45,075 bases of DNA from Verrucomicrobiales bacterium. GTDB lineage: Bacteria; Verrucomicrobiota; Verrucomicrobiia; Verrucomicrobiales; SLCJ01. The stretch covers positions 1 to 45,075 of the forward strand of contig JBJTQJ010000081.1 of the NCBI GenBank assembly GCA_046075565.1. The letters are read 5' to 3'. The position numbers and the translations under genes were made by a program. Shown here in pieces: positions 35,877 to 45,075 of the stretch (within the stretch, counting starts at the first letter, position 1; every line of letters begins with the position of its first letter). The notes beneath the pieces were generated by a model, which searched no databases, was not told where the DNA came from, and saw only the letters and a program-made list of their open reading frames with translations.

Positions 35877-36641
35877 TTACGTGTCTCCGATGCCCGCGGC
35901 ATCACGGAGAATCTGGGCGGCATGGCGGATACGCACCGGACGGCCTTGTTTTTCAGCGATACCGGCCAAATGCATGAGGCAGGACATATCGGCGGAAATC
36001 ATCTCGTCAGGTTGATCGGCGAGGGCGTGGTCGAGTTTGAGCCTGCCCATGCTGGCCGATATGTGAGGGAAGGTCACGCAGAAGGTGCCGCCGAATCCGC
36101 AACACTGTTCGCCTTCGCCGAATTCCTGGAGGACGAGTCCCTCGATGGTCGGAAGCAGGGTTTTTGCGGCGGCCCGGGTGCCGGTGCCGCGGGTGTGACA
36201 GGAATGGTGGAAGGCGAGTTTCGCGGGGTAGCGGCCTTTCCATTCCTTCACGCCGAGCCCGTGCACGATGTAGTCGAGCAATTCCCAAGTGCGGCGTCCG
36301 AAGTCGGCCACCTGATCGCGGTCCGGTTCATTTTCAAATTGCAGGGGCGAGCCGTGGAAGTTCATCGCAGCGCAGCTTCCCGAGGGCACGATGATCGGAA
36401 GATCACCGGCAAAGACCTCCATGGCATGGCGCACAACCTTGCGGGACGAGGGCCAGTCGCCGGAATTGAAGGCGGGTTGGCCACAGCAGGTCTGGTCTTC
36501 CGGGAAAAGCACCTCCACTCCGAGGTGTTCGAGCACTTGCACGGTCGCGCGGGCGGCATCGGCGAAAAACGCATCGCAGAGGCAGGTGGCCATGAGTTGG
36601 ACTCGATTTCCAACGGGTCGGGCAGCGGTGGCGGTATTCAT
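35877..36641 (-). CDS. lutA: Lactate utilization CCG-domain Fe-S protein LutA (LldE/YkgE)
   Basis: ATCLCD, QTCCGQPAFNSG, PSGSCAAM, HHSCH, QCCGFGGTF, DMSCLMHL. Confidence 0.92.
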   Translation of the reverse strand: MNTATAARPVGNRVQLMATCLCDAFFADAARATVQVLEHLGVEVLFPEDQTCCGQPAFNSGDWPSSRKVVRHAMEVFAGDLPIIVPSGSCAAMNFHGSPLQFENEPDRDQVADFGRRTWELLDYIVHGLGVKEWKGRYPAKLAFHHSCHTRGTGTRAAAKTLLPTIEGLVLQEFGEGEQCCGFGGTFCVTFPHISASMGRLKLDHALADQPDEMISADMSCLMHLAGIAEKQGRPVRIRHAAQILRDAAGIGDT

Positions 36642-37330
36642 TTCGTTTCAATGTGGATGCCGGGGGCGGTGGCGGCAAGTGCGTAAGAACCCGGCCCGGC
36701 TGATGGCAGTTCGAGCACGGTGCGCACGCACCGGAGAAGGTGCCGTGCGTAGGTCTGGAAAAAGGGAATATCGGCGACCGGTCGCGGGTCGGCATCGGCC
36801 GGGCTGCCCGGGACGGGCGAACCAACAATCGGCAGATGGACGAAGAGCACGAGCGTGTCCGACTGCCAGATTTTCTCGCGGTAGTGGAGGAGTTGGTAAA
36901 AGATCTCGTCGCAGAGGTAGGCGCCGGCGTTGTCGGAAATGCCGGTCGGGTATCCGGCGGAGGTCAGCAGGGCGGCCAGCTCGGCAAGAGGTGCGAAATT
37001 GAGCAGGGGAGGGGCTCCCGGGATGACCTCCGGGATGGGGGGCAGCTCGCCGAGGTTGTCGAGATGGGCGATGCGGCGGTTCGAGGCCAAGGCTTCGAGC
37101 CGAAAGTGGTCCGAGGCCTCGCCGAGCGCGACCCACGCCTTGGGCGGACCCGGCCAGCGGGCCAGCCATTCACCGGGAACTCCCCATCGGACCGGGAATT
37201 CGAGAAAGTGGGTATCGGGTTCGCCCTCGGCCATGGCTTGACCGACGATCCCCGAGGAATTGACGGGTCGACCGTTGAACGATTCGAAGCCGCTCACGAC
37301 GATGGGCGTGGATTTTTCGGGAAATCGCAT
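36638..37330 (-). CDS. pcp: Pyroglutamyl-peptidase I (peptidase C15)
   Basis: SGFESFNGRPVNSS, LGEA...RLEALASN, SDNAGAYLCDEIFY (catalytic Cys), FVHLP (His); 4-nt overlap with lutA. Confidence 0.85.
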   Translation of the reverse strand: MRFPEKSTPIVVSGFESFNGRPVNSSGIVGQAMAEGEPDTHFLEFPVRWGVPGEWLARWPGPPKAWVALGEASDHFRLEALASNRRIAHLDNLGELPPIPEVIPGAPPLLNFAPLAELAALLTSAGYPTGISDNAGAYLCDEIFYQLLHYREKIWQSDTLVLFVHLPIVGSPVPGSPADADPRPVADIPFFQTYARHLLRCVRTVLELPSAGPGSYALAATAPGIHIETK

Positions 37331-37413
37331 GACGATGGAATGGAAAACCCATTCTGATTCTCATTTCCGCATTTGCCAAGCCCCATGTTTGCGCCACGAT
37401 CTATTTCAGCCCC

Positions 37414-38481
37414 ATGTCCCAACCCAATCCAGACCCCTTCGATCCATTCGAAGACGCGCCGTGGACCACTCCGCGGGAAATCTTCGCGCGTTTGGGATAT
37501 TTTCCGCGCGATCCCGAGAACGTTGACGCGCAGTCCACGCGAGGCTGCTTGGCTGAAATGATCCACGCCATGGCGGCACGGCGCTACTATCTCGTCAACA
37601 CGAACCATCTCTCCGACGCCGACCTCTACCGCTTCCTGCATGAAGAATGGCTGGATGAGCCCACCGCCGACATCGCCCCCGAGGCGGGCTGGAATTGCCA
37701 CGTCGATGTGAGCGAGGGCGACGAGCAGCAAACCTGGCTCCGCTACTACGCCAGCGATTTCGACCGGGAGGAGTGGGTGAGCGAACATCCGGACGACAAA
37801 CTCCCGATGCGGGAAGAACCGGCCTTCGATCGCGACGAATGGCTGCCCGTGCCGCCGGGAGCGAGCGGCGGTAATCTCGAGGAAATGGCGGATGATGATG
37901 GCGATGATCTCTTTGGCGATGACGACGAGGATCCCTTCGAGGATGGCACCGATCCTCTCGGTTTCCGGGACCTCGAAGATGCCATCCACCGCGAAGATCC
38001 GGTCGGTGAAACCTTCGGTGAAGCCGAAAGTGACGAAGAAGCACAGGAGAACGAACCTCCGGGTCATTGGGCGAAACCCATCGACTCGCTCGGCCAACAC
38101 GGGGTGGACCTCATGCCCCCCGTCGAATTGACCGAAGAAACGCTCGCGGCCAAACTCTGGGAAACCCTCGATGGCATGAGCCGCATGGGTGTCTATGTGC
38201 TGCACACCGATCACCTCAGCGATGCGGAGCTTTACGAGGCGCTTTGGGCCCGGGTCTTGAGGGAGGAGGCTTTCCTCGCCGACCGTGGGGTCGAGGCGGC
38301 ATGGGCCCACGATTTTATCGGTTCAGGATCCGCCGAGGATGAAAAGATCCGGCTCGCCTTCTATGCCACGGACGAGGAGCGCCAGGAGGCGGCCGCCGCG
38401 GCCACGGAGCCGCTCCCGCACCGTCAGGAACCCTTGGCCAATCGCGATTGGCGGCTCCCGCGCTCCAGCCTCGCTTTTTAA
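37414..38481 (+). CDS. Acidic hypothetical protein with an internally duplicated ~130-aa domain
   Basis: TNHLSDADLY...WLRYYASD..R...LP.REEP..DRD.WLP and TDHLSDAELY...RLAFYATD..R...LP.RQEP..NRDWRLP, separated by a D/E linker. Confidence 0.85.
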   Translation: MSQPNPDPFDPFEDAPWTTPREIFARLGYFPRDPENVDAQSTRGCLAEMIHAMAARRYYLVNTNHLSDADLYRFLHEEWLDEPTADIAPEAGWNCHVDVSEGDEQQTWLRYYASDFDREEWVSEHPDDKLPMREEPAFDRDEWLPVPPGASGGNLEEMADDDGDDLFGDDDEDPFEDGTDPLGFRDLEDAIHREDPVGETFGEAESDEEAQENEPPGHWAKPIDSLGQHGVDLMPPVELTEETLAAKLWETLDGMSRMGVYVLHTDHLSDAELYEALWARVLREEAFLADRGVEAAWAHDFIGSGSAEDEKIRLAFYATDEERQEAAAAATEPLPHRQEPLANRDWRLPRSSLAF

Positions 38482-38586
38482 CCTGGATTCCGGGTTTCAG
38501 CGGTCGCCCGGAAACAGGGTGGAAAAAAGGGGACGGGCGGATGGAAAATCCGCGTGACATCGCCTTGAATTCCGCCTTAGTGGCCT

Positions 38587-40041
38587 ATGGGCGAAATACC
38601 TCTTTCACTTAGCTTTGACGATGTCCTTCTGGTTCCGAGCCTGAGCGAAATCCTGCCGGCTGAAACCGATGTCCGCACCCGCCTGACAGCCGGCATTCCC
38701 CTGAATATTCCGGTCATTTCGTCGGCCATGGACACGGTGACTGAGGCGGAATTGGCCATCGCGCTCGCCCGCGAGGGCGGAATCGGAGTCATCCACCGCA
38801 ACATGCCCATCGAAGCGCAAGCCGAGATGGTCGCGCGGGTGAAGCGATCTGAAAACACCGTCATCCAGAAGCCCTTCACTGTCCGTTGCGACATCAGCGT
38901 GGCCGAACTCCGCGCCACCATGGATGAAACCGGTGTCTCCGGTTTCCCCGTCGTCGATGAATCCGGCATCCTCGTGGGCATGATCACGACCCGCGACCTC
39001 TGGCACGTGAAGGAATCAACCACCCCCGTGCGCGAAGCCATGACCCCGCGGGAACGTCTGGTCACCGGTTCCCCGGAAATGAGCCTCGATCAAGCCCTCG
39101 ATGTCCTCTACCACCACCGCATCGAGAAGATGCCGCTGGTTGATCAAAATGGCCGTCTGACCGGTCTCATCACCCGCAAGGACATCGAGAAACGCCAGAA
39201 GTTCACCCAAGCTAACAAGGATCCCAACGGCCAATTGCGCGTCGCTGCTGCCGTCGGGGTCGGCCCCGATTGTTTCGAGCGCGCCCACGCCCTCCGCGAG
39301 GCCGGAGCTGATGCCGTCTCCATCGATGCCGCGACCGGCCACACCCGGCGAGTTCTCGACGTTGTTGCCAAACTCCGCTCCGAGTTGGGCTCGGTTTCCA
39401 TCATCGCGGGAAATGTTGTCACTCCCGATGGCGCCCGCGACCTCATTGCCGCCGGTGTGCAGGCCATCAAAGTCGGGGTCGGTCCCGGCTCGATTTGCAC
39501 GACCCGCGTCATCGCCGGGGTCGGTGTCCCGCAGTTTTCCGCGATCCAGAATGTCGCTTCCGTCGCCCGTGGTGCCGGGGTGCCGGTCATCGCCGACGGT
39601 GGTATCCGCTATTCGGGCGACATCGTCAAGGCCCTCGCCGCCGGCGCCGATTGTGTGATGATCGGTAGTTTGTTAGCCGGAACCAGTGAAAGCCCCGGCA
39701 GCATGATCTACTATCAAGGCCGCCGGTTCAAGGAATACCGTGGCATGGGTTCGCTCAAGGCCATGCGCGCGGGCAGTGGCGATCGTTACGGACAAAACTC
39801 GTCAGGCAAACTCGTCGCCGAAGGTGTCGAGGCCCGTGTTCCTTACAAAGGCTCGGTCGCCGATATCGTATTCCAACTCGTCGGTGGTTTGCGCTCCGGC
39901 ATGGGTTACGTCGGTGCTTCGGATCTTTCCATCCTGCGCGAACGCGCCAGTTTCGTGCGTATCACCTCCGGTGGACTCAAGGAAAGCCACGCCCACGACA
40001 TCTTCATCACCGAAGAACCGGTCAACTACCAGACCCTCTGA
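38587..40041 (+). CDS. guaB: IMP dehydrogenase
   Basis: [22 protein letters not shown] pair, [30 protein letters not shown]. Confidence 0.98.
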   Translation: MGEIPLSLSFDDVLLVPSLSEILPAETDVRTRLTAGIPLNIPVISSAMDTVTEAELAIALAREGGIGVIHRNMPIEAQAEMVARVKRSENTVIQKPFTVRCDISVAELRATMDETGVSGFPVVDESGILVGMITTRDLWHVKESTTPVREAMTPRERLVTGSPEMSLDQALDVLYHHRIEKMPLVDQNGRLTGLITRKDIEKRQKFTQANKDPNGQLRVAAAVGVGPDCFERAHALREAGADAVSIDAATGHTRRVLDVVAKLRSELGSVSIIAGNVVTPDGARDLIAAGVQAIKVGVGPGSICTTRVIAGVGVPQFSAIQNVASVARGAGVPVIADGGIRYSGDIVKALAAGADCVMIGSLLAGTSESPGSMIYYQGRRFKEYRGMGSLKAMRAGSGDRYGQNSSGKLVAEGVEARVPYKGSVADIVFQLVGGLRSGMGYVGASDLSILRERASFVRITSGGLKESHAHDIFITEEPVNYQTL

Positions 40042-40077
40042 TCGTTCCGGACCATCCATTTCCGCTTGCCCCACGAC

Positions 40078-41601
40078 ATGCACGACACCAATCACGTTGC
40101 CGTTCTCGATTTCGGTTCCCAATACACCCAGCTCATCGTGCGCCGCGTGCGCGAACTGGGTTACTTCGCCCGATTGTTCCAACCGGAGGACCTCGCATCC
40201 ATCGGCAAACCGGGGGCGATCATTCTCTCCGGAGGACCACGCAGCACGAGCGAACCCGATGCCCCGGACATTGATTTTCCGGATTTGCTCGCCTTCGGCG
40301 TTCCGGTGCTGGGAGTTTGTTACGGGATGCAGCTTCTGAATATCAAGTTCGGTGGATCGGTCGAGGCCAGCGACAAGCGGGAATACGGACCCGCCACCCT
40401 TCAGCCCGCTTCCAATGAGGGGCTTTTTGAGGGTGTTTCCCGGCAATCCCAGGTCTGGATGAGCCACTCCGATACCGTGCGCGTGCTGCCGGAGGGTGCT
40501 CAGGTCATCGCCACCAATCAGCATGGCACGCCCGTCGCGCTCTGCTGGTCGGAGAAGTGTTTTGGTATCCAATTCCATCCCGAGGTCACGCACAGCCACG
40601 AGGGATTAAAGATCCTCCACAACTTCCTGCTCAAAGCCGCACACCTCGAGCCCTTCAAGATCGATGACCTCAAGAGGGAAGTCATCGCCGGGATCCGCGA
40701 GGCCGTCGGCGACCGCCAGGTGGTCTGCGGCGTCTCCGGCGGGGTGGATAGCACCGTGCTCGCCGTGCTCCTGCACGAGGCGGGAGTAAAGATGCGCGCC
40801 GTGTTCGTGGACCACGGGCTCATGCGCAAGGACGAGGGCGATGAAGTGCGCGGCAACTTCCATCGCATGGGCGTGCCCATCGAGACGGTCGATGCCTCGG
40901 AGCGATTCCTCGGCGCCCTGGCCGGGGTTTCCGATCCCGAGAAAAAACGCGCCATCATCGGCAACCTCTTCATCGATGTCTTCTGGGATGCCGTCGGTGA
41001 TGCGGAAATGCTCGCGCAAGGCACTCTCTACCCCGACGTTATTGAGAGCGCATCCAATGCCAAATCCAAGGCTTCGAAGATCAAGACCCACCACAACCGC
41101 GTGGATCGCATCCTCGAACTGCAGGCTGAAGGGAAAGTGCTCGAACCACTCGCCGAATTTTTCAAAGACGAGGTCCGTGCCCTTGGCGCCTCGCTTGGTA
41201 TCCCGCACGACATCTTGCACCGCCATCCATTCCCCGGACCCGGGCTCGCCGTGCGTTGCCCCGGCGACATCACGGAGGAAAAGCTGCGCATCATCCGCGA
41301 GGCCGACGCCATCTTCATCAGTCGGCTCAAGGACCACGTCTGGTATGACAAGGTCTGGCAAGCCTATGCCGCTCTCGTGCCGGTGCGCACTGTCGGTGTG
41401 AAAGGCGATGAACGCAGCTACGAATGGGCCATCAGCCTGCGCGCCGTCATCTCTGAAGATGCGATGACCGCCGACTGGGTCGAACTTCCGTATTCCATTC
41501 TCCGCGAAACCAGCCACCGCATCCTCAACGACGTCAAAGGCATCAACCGCGTGCTCTACGATATCTCCACCAAACCACCCGCCAGCATCGAGTGGGAGTG
41601 A
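40078..41601 (+). CDS. guaA: GMP synthase (glutamine-hydrolyzing)
   Basis: LDFGSQYTQLI, GVCYGMQ, QFHPEV, SGGVDST, QGTLYPDVIES, IKTHHN, RHPFPGPGL, KPPASIEWE. Confidence 0.98.
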   Translation: MHDTNHVAVLDFGSQYTQLIVRRVRELGYFARLFQPEDLASIGKPGAIILSGGPRSTSEPDAPDIDFPDLLAFGVPVLGVCYGMQLLNIKFGGSVEASDKREYGPATLQPASNEGLFEGVSRQSQVWMSHSDTVRVLPEGAQVIATNQHGTPVALCWSEKCFGIQFHPEVTHSHEGLKILHNFLLKAAHLEPFKIDDLKREVIAGIREAVGDRQVVCGVSGGVDSTVLAVLLHEAGVKMRAVFVDHGLMRKDEGDEVRGNFHRMGVPIETVDASERFLGALAGVSDPEKKRAIIGNLFIDVFWDAVGDAEMLAQGTLYPDVIESASNAKSKASKIKTHHNRVDRILELQAEGKVLEPLAEFFKDEVRALGASLGIPHDILHRHPFPGPGLAVRCPGDITEEKLRIIREADAIFISRLKDHVWYDKVWQAYAALVPVRTVGVKGDERSYEWAISLRAVISEDAMTADWVELPYSILRETSHRILNDVKGINRVLYDISTKPPASIEWE

Positions 41602-41618
41602 GCGGTGGTAAATGACGA

Positions 41619-41861
41619 ATGACGAAGGACCCAAATACCCAAGGCGATTCAGAAGATCCGATCGATCCTCCTGAGTCTCCGTTGGTCGGGAGGGACCTGC
41701 CTTTCGATGGTCAGGAAGGGTGGACAGGTTATGACGACCCTCCTTTGCCCGACAAATTCTGGGAAACGATTGATGAGGGGCTTGATATTGAACCGAACGA
41801 GGCGGGAAGTGAATGGATTTCTCCTATGGCGCCTGTTGATGGCGATGTTCCATGTTCATAG
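41619..41861 (+). CDS. Small acidic hypothetical protein
   Basis: 80-aa D/E/P-rich ORF filling the guaA-radC gap; visibly more AT-rich than neighbours; no motif recognised. Confidence 0.35.
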   Translation: MTKDPNTQGDSEDPIDPPESPLVGRDLPFDGQEGWTGYDDPPLPDKFWETIDEGLDIEPNEAGSEWISPMAPVDGDVPCS

Positions 41862-41917
41862 GACTGCCTGAAGAGACTGGCATGGACACAAAACTCGAAG
41901 CGTTTAGGATAATTTAT

Positions 41918-42607
41918 TCACATAAGCCCCGCTTCCTTGAAGGAAAAATAGGGCTGGTGGTCGGGCGATGGTTGACCAATGATGATGTGGTCCAGCAGGC
42001 GGATGCGGAGCATATCCGCCACTTGGGCCATACGTTTGGTCAGGGTGCGATCCATTTCCGATGGGCTCGGATCACCTGAGGGATGGTTGTGCACGAGGAT
42101 GATCGCGAACGCGCCTTGGATGATGGCTTCGCGGAATACTTCCCTCGGGTCGGCGATGGATTCGTTGACGCTGCCGAGTGAGACGGTTTCGACACGCATG
42201 AGGCGGTGCCGGGTGTTGAGCAGGATGACCTGGAGCGCTTCACGGCGCAGGGTGCTCATTTGATGCGCCATCAGTTGATAGACCGCTTCCGGGCTGTCGA
42301 TTTTGTCCTTATAGATTTGTTGGCGCAGGGCGCGGCGACCGAGTTCGAAAACGGCGGCCAGTTCGCAACTTTTGGCTTTGCCAATGCCCTTCGATTTGGA
42401 TTGGATTTCTTGCGGACTCATCCGGCCGAGATTGACCAGGTCTCCGGCATGCTGGATCAAATCCCGGCACACTTCGAGCACATCTTTTCCCTTGAACCCC
42501 GTGCGCACGAGCAGGGCGAGGAGTTCGGCGTCGGAAAGCGCCTCCGGGCCGAGGCGGAGCAACTTCTCCCTCGGCATGTCTTCCTGCGGCAGTTCCTGGA
42601 TTTTCAT
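41918..42607 (-). CDS. radC: RadC (JAB/MPN domain) protein
   Basis: PREKLLRLGPEALSDAELLALL, KGIGKAK, PREVF, HNHPSGDPSPSEMD, LLDHIII. Confidence 0.96.
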   Translation of the reverse strand: MKIQELPQEDMPREKLLRLGPEALSDAELLALLVRTGFKGKDVLEVCRDLIQHAGDLVNLGRMSPQEIQSKSKGIGKAKSCELAAVFELGRRALRQQIYKDKIDSPEAVYQLMAHQMSTLRREALQVILLNTRHRLMRVETVSLGSVNESIADPREVFREAIIQGAFAIILVHNHPSGDPSPSEMDRTLTKRMAQVADMLRIRLLDHIIIGQPSPDHQPYFSFKEAGLM

Positions 42608-42798
42608 GGCATGAATGTTCCCGACCGTGGCAGCGGCGGGGATCTCCGGCGATTCAACCCGAAAGCGGCAACTTGCGCAAGCGGGAAGAATTCCACGCCG
42701 CCCGACGCCGCGCCCTCGGGTGACCCGACGGGCATTCCGAAGGCGGGTTCGTTTCGGGGTGGATTCCCAGCGCGTCGTGGCCTAGAATATCGGCACTC

Positions 42799-43824
42799 GT
42801 GAGCCAGAACATTTACAACCAGACCCTCGAATCTCCCCCCAGCGAACTCGATGTTTCGTTGCGTCCTCCGGTTTTTTCCGAGTTTATCGGACAGGAAAAG
42901 GTAACCGAGCGGCTGCTTCTGATGGTCGAAGCCGCGCGCCTGCGGACGGATGTGCTCCAGCACGTGCTGCTCTCCGGTCCCCCGGGTCTGGGCAAGACAA
43001 CCCTCGCCAATCTAATAGCCAGCGCGGTCGGTTCAAAAATTCATACCACCTCGGGTCCGCAAATTGAAAAGGCCGGCGATCTGGCTGGTATTCTCACCAA
43101 TCTCGGCAAAGGGGATATTCTGTTTATCGACGAAATCCACCGGCTCCACCCGACGGTCGAGGAATACCTGTATCCGGCCATGGAAGATTACCGGCTGGAT
43201 ATCATTATCGATCAGGGCCCCAACGCGCGATCCCTCACCCTCAACTTGCCCAGATTCACCTTGGTCGGCGCCACCACCAGAGCGGGCATGCTCACCGCAC
43301 CGCTGCGCTCTCGTTTCGGGATGGTCAACCGTCTCGACTACTACTCGAACGAGGAACTGGCGACGATTGTGCGCCGCTCCGCTGCCCTGTTGGGCGTCAA
43401 TATCCAGGACGGTGGGGCTTTGGAAATTGCCACCCGCTCCCGCGGCACGCCGCGCATCGCCAATGCCCTGCTGCGTTGGACACGCGATTTCGCGCAGGTC
43501 AAAGCCGACGGGGTCATTACCTCCGAGGTTGCCGACCAGGCGCTAACGATGATTGAGATCGACAAGGACGGCATTGATGAAAGCGACCGTCGTTTGCTGG
43601 AAGCCCTAATCTACAAGTTCGACGGCGGCCCCGTTGGACTCAATAGCCTCGCCGTAGCGATCGGCGAGGACGCCACCACTCTGGAGGAAGTCAACGAACC
43701 CTATCTGATCCTCCGGGGGTTTCTGAAACGCACGCCCCGCGGACGCGTCGCCATGCCCTCCGCCTACCGGAAACTGGGGGCCACCGCGCCCCGGCCGCTC
43801 CAGAACGAGCTCGGGCTCGAGTGA
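42799..43824 (+). CDS. ruvB: Holliday junction branch migration helicase
   Basis: [63 protein letters not shown]. Confidence 0.98.
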   Translation: MSQNIYNQTLESPPSELDVSLRPPVFSEFIGQEKVTERLLLMVEAARLRTDVLQHVLLSGPPGLGKTTLANLIASAVGSKIHTTSGPQIEKAGDLAGILTNLGKGDILFIDEIHRLHPTVEEYLYPAMEDYRLDIIIDQGPNARSLTLNLPRFTLVGATTRAGMLTAPLRSRFGMVNRLDYYSNEELATIVRRSAALLGVNIQDGGALEIATRSRGTPRIANALLRWTRDFAQVKADGVITSEVADQALTMIEIDKDGIDESDRRLLEALIYKFDGGPVGLNSLAVAIGEDATTLEEVNEPYLILRGFLKRTPRGRVAMPSAYRKLGATAPRPLQNELGLE

Positions 43825-43963
43825 CCAACCCGGCCTTCTTTGCGTTCGGTCCGCCTGTTTGGAAGCGAAAATTGGGGTAGTGCATCATTCCGTCCGTGGT
43901 CGGCGTTACGTGCCAAGGCCCGTTTTTCAAAATCCGGCAGATTCTGCTGGACGCAATTAAAAA

Positions 43964-43990
43964 CAAACGTATGATTGAAACGAGCGTTTG
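43964..43990. promoter_or_regulatory. Putative PsrA-like TetR operator (two overlapping palindromic boxes)
   Basis: CAAACGTATGATTG (43964-43977) and GAAACGAGCGTTTG (43977-43990), matching the (C/G)AAAC-N4-GTTT(G/C) type, 20 nt upstream of the tetR ATG. Confidence 0.65.
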
Positions 43991-44010
43991 ACTTACCCCC
44001 ATTACCCATT

Positions 44011-44712
44011 ATGCCTGAACCCGTATCCAAAACAGAAAAGTCGGTCCACACCAAAGAGAGAATCCTCGTCGCCTCCGAGCAACTTGTTGCCAAGGATGGT
44101 TTCGACGGGGTTTCGCTCCGTGACATCACCGCTGCCGCCAAGGTAAACCTGGCCGCCGTCCACTACCATTTCGGGAGCAAAGACGGCCTCGTTGATTCCC
44201 TGATCACCCGTTACATCCGCCCCGTTAATCTGGAGCGATTGCGTTTGCTCGACGAAATCGAAGCCAAATACGGGGAAAAACCCGTGCCGGTGGAGAAAGT
44301 CCTCGAGGCTTTCATGCGCCCGCTGGTTGATCGCCTTGGTGTGCCGGGAATTTCCGCGATGTTGTTCTTCAAAATGGCCGGACGATGCATGAGCGAACGC
44401 GGCTACCAGATGCCGGATGGATTGATGGCGGTCTACGAACAAGTTGGAACCCGCTATGTGCAGTGCCTGCGGCGCAGTTTGCCGGAAATCCCCGAGGATG
44501 TCATTTACTGGCGCATGCACTTCGTGCTCGGTGCCGTGGCCCACACACTCGCGCACGGCGAGAAAGTCGCAGTTGTTAGCAAAGGCCGGTCCGGCGAGGC
44601 CGATCCGGAGTCGGTGATGCGGCGTCTTATTTCCTTCAGCGCCGCCGGTTTGCGCGGTGGCGTGGATGAAAGTTCCGCCTTGGATGAACGGGTTGCCACC
44701 AGCCTGAGATGA
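44011..44712 (+). CDS. TetR/AcrR regulator, PsrA-like
   Basis: TKERILVASEQL..GFDGVSLRDIT..AKVNLAAVHYHFGSK; C-terminal LPEIPEDVIYWRMHF like PsrA-type regulators. Confidence 0.92.
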   Translation: MPEPVSKTEKSVHTKERILVASEQLVAKDGFDGVSLRDITAAAKVNLAAVHYHFGSKDGLVDSLITRYIRPVNLERLRLLDEIEAKYGEKPVPVEKVLEAFMRPLVDRLGVPGISAMLFFKMAGRCMSERGYQMPDGLMAVYEQVGTRYVQCLRRSLPEIPEDVIYWRMHFVLGAVAHTLAHGEKVAVVSKGRSGEADPESVMRRLISFSAAGLRGGVDESSALDERVATSLR

Positions 44713-45075
44713 TCTGCTCCCGAACCATCCGGCTGCTGGGACTGGCGCTCGCGGCCGCAGGATGCGTTGCCACGCCGCCACCCGATCGTTCCGCGGAAAG
44801 TGGACTGGAAGTCCCTTCGGCATGGAAAGGCGCGCCCTCCATGCCGGGGGAACCCGATATGGATTGGGTGCGCCGTTTCAATAGTCCGGCGCTGAACCAG
44901 TTGGTCGCGGAGGCATTGTCCGCGAACCCTGATTTGAAAGCAGCGGCTGCGCGGGTGGACCAAGCCAAAGCCACCGCACGATCGGTGCGTTCGCAACGGG
45001 GGCCGAAAATCGATGCTGATCTTTCCGCCAACCGACGCAAACAAAACTTCCTCGGTTTTCCCTTCGGCAATGAAC
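44709..45075 (+). CDS. NodT/OprM-type efflux outer membrane lipoprotein (partial, runs off window; not in ORF track)
   Basis: Hand translation MICSRTIRLLGLALAAAGC...DWVRRFNSPALNQLVAEALSANPDLKAAAARVDQAKA; lipobox AAGC; ATGA overlap with tetR. Confidence 0.9.
   Translation, partial: MICSRTIRLLGLALAAAGCVATPPPDRSAESGLEVPSAWKGAPSMPGEPDMDWVRRFNSPALNQLVAEALSANPDLKAAAARVDQAKATARSVRSQRGPKIDADLSANRRKQNFLGFPFGNE

Noticed and set aside
41918..42607. radC as a marker of a mobile or anti-restriction island
   Set aside because: It is the full-length chromosomal form with the N-terminal HhH region, located among housekeeping genes (guaA, ruvB).

Overview
GC-rich bacterial chromosomal segment, most consistent with Verrucomicrobiota (inferred from dapL, glnII, a TPR-fused multiheme cytochrome and secreted proteins ending in a ...FYRI..P domain). 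It is mostly housekeeping and envelope genes. The left edge is the end of an IS3-family element inserted into the 3' end of a glycoside-hydrolase-like gene. Next come two Hsp20 genes behind a sigma54-type promoter, a redoxin, a CHAD protein, a frameshifted CAP-domain secreted protein, an RluA synthase, an acidic tandem-repeat secreted protein next to a ShlB/FhaC (TpsB) transporter, a GTAG-REP cluster and dapL. A long co-oriented run follows: octaheme-TPR lipoprotein, RlpA, a class A PBP with degenerate transpeptidase motifs, a TolC/MacA/ABC exporter, a Zn-ribbon membrane protein and a nucleotidyltransferase-like protein. The right half holds glnII, a ~1370-aa adhesin-like protein, purA-uppS, hslR, lutBA-pcp, a duplicated-domain acidic protein, guaBA, radC, ruvB, and a PsrA-like TetR with its operator ahead of a truncated NodT-type efflux lipoprotein. 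No rRNA, tRNA or CRISPR array was seen. No new system is proven; the best leads are the orphan TpsB with its small acidic neighbour, the TP-degenerate PBP beside RlpA, and several non-autonomous repeat elements. All family calls come from motif recognition by eye, not database searches.
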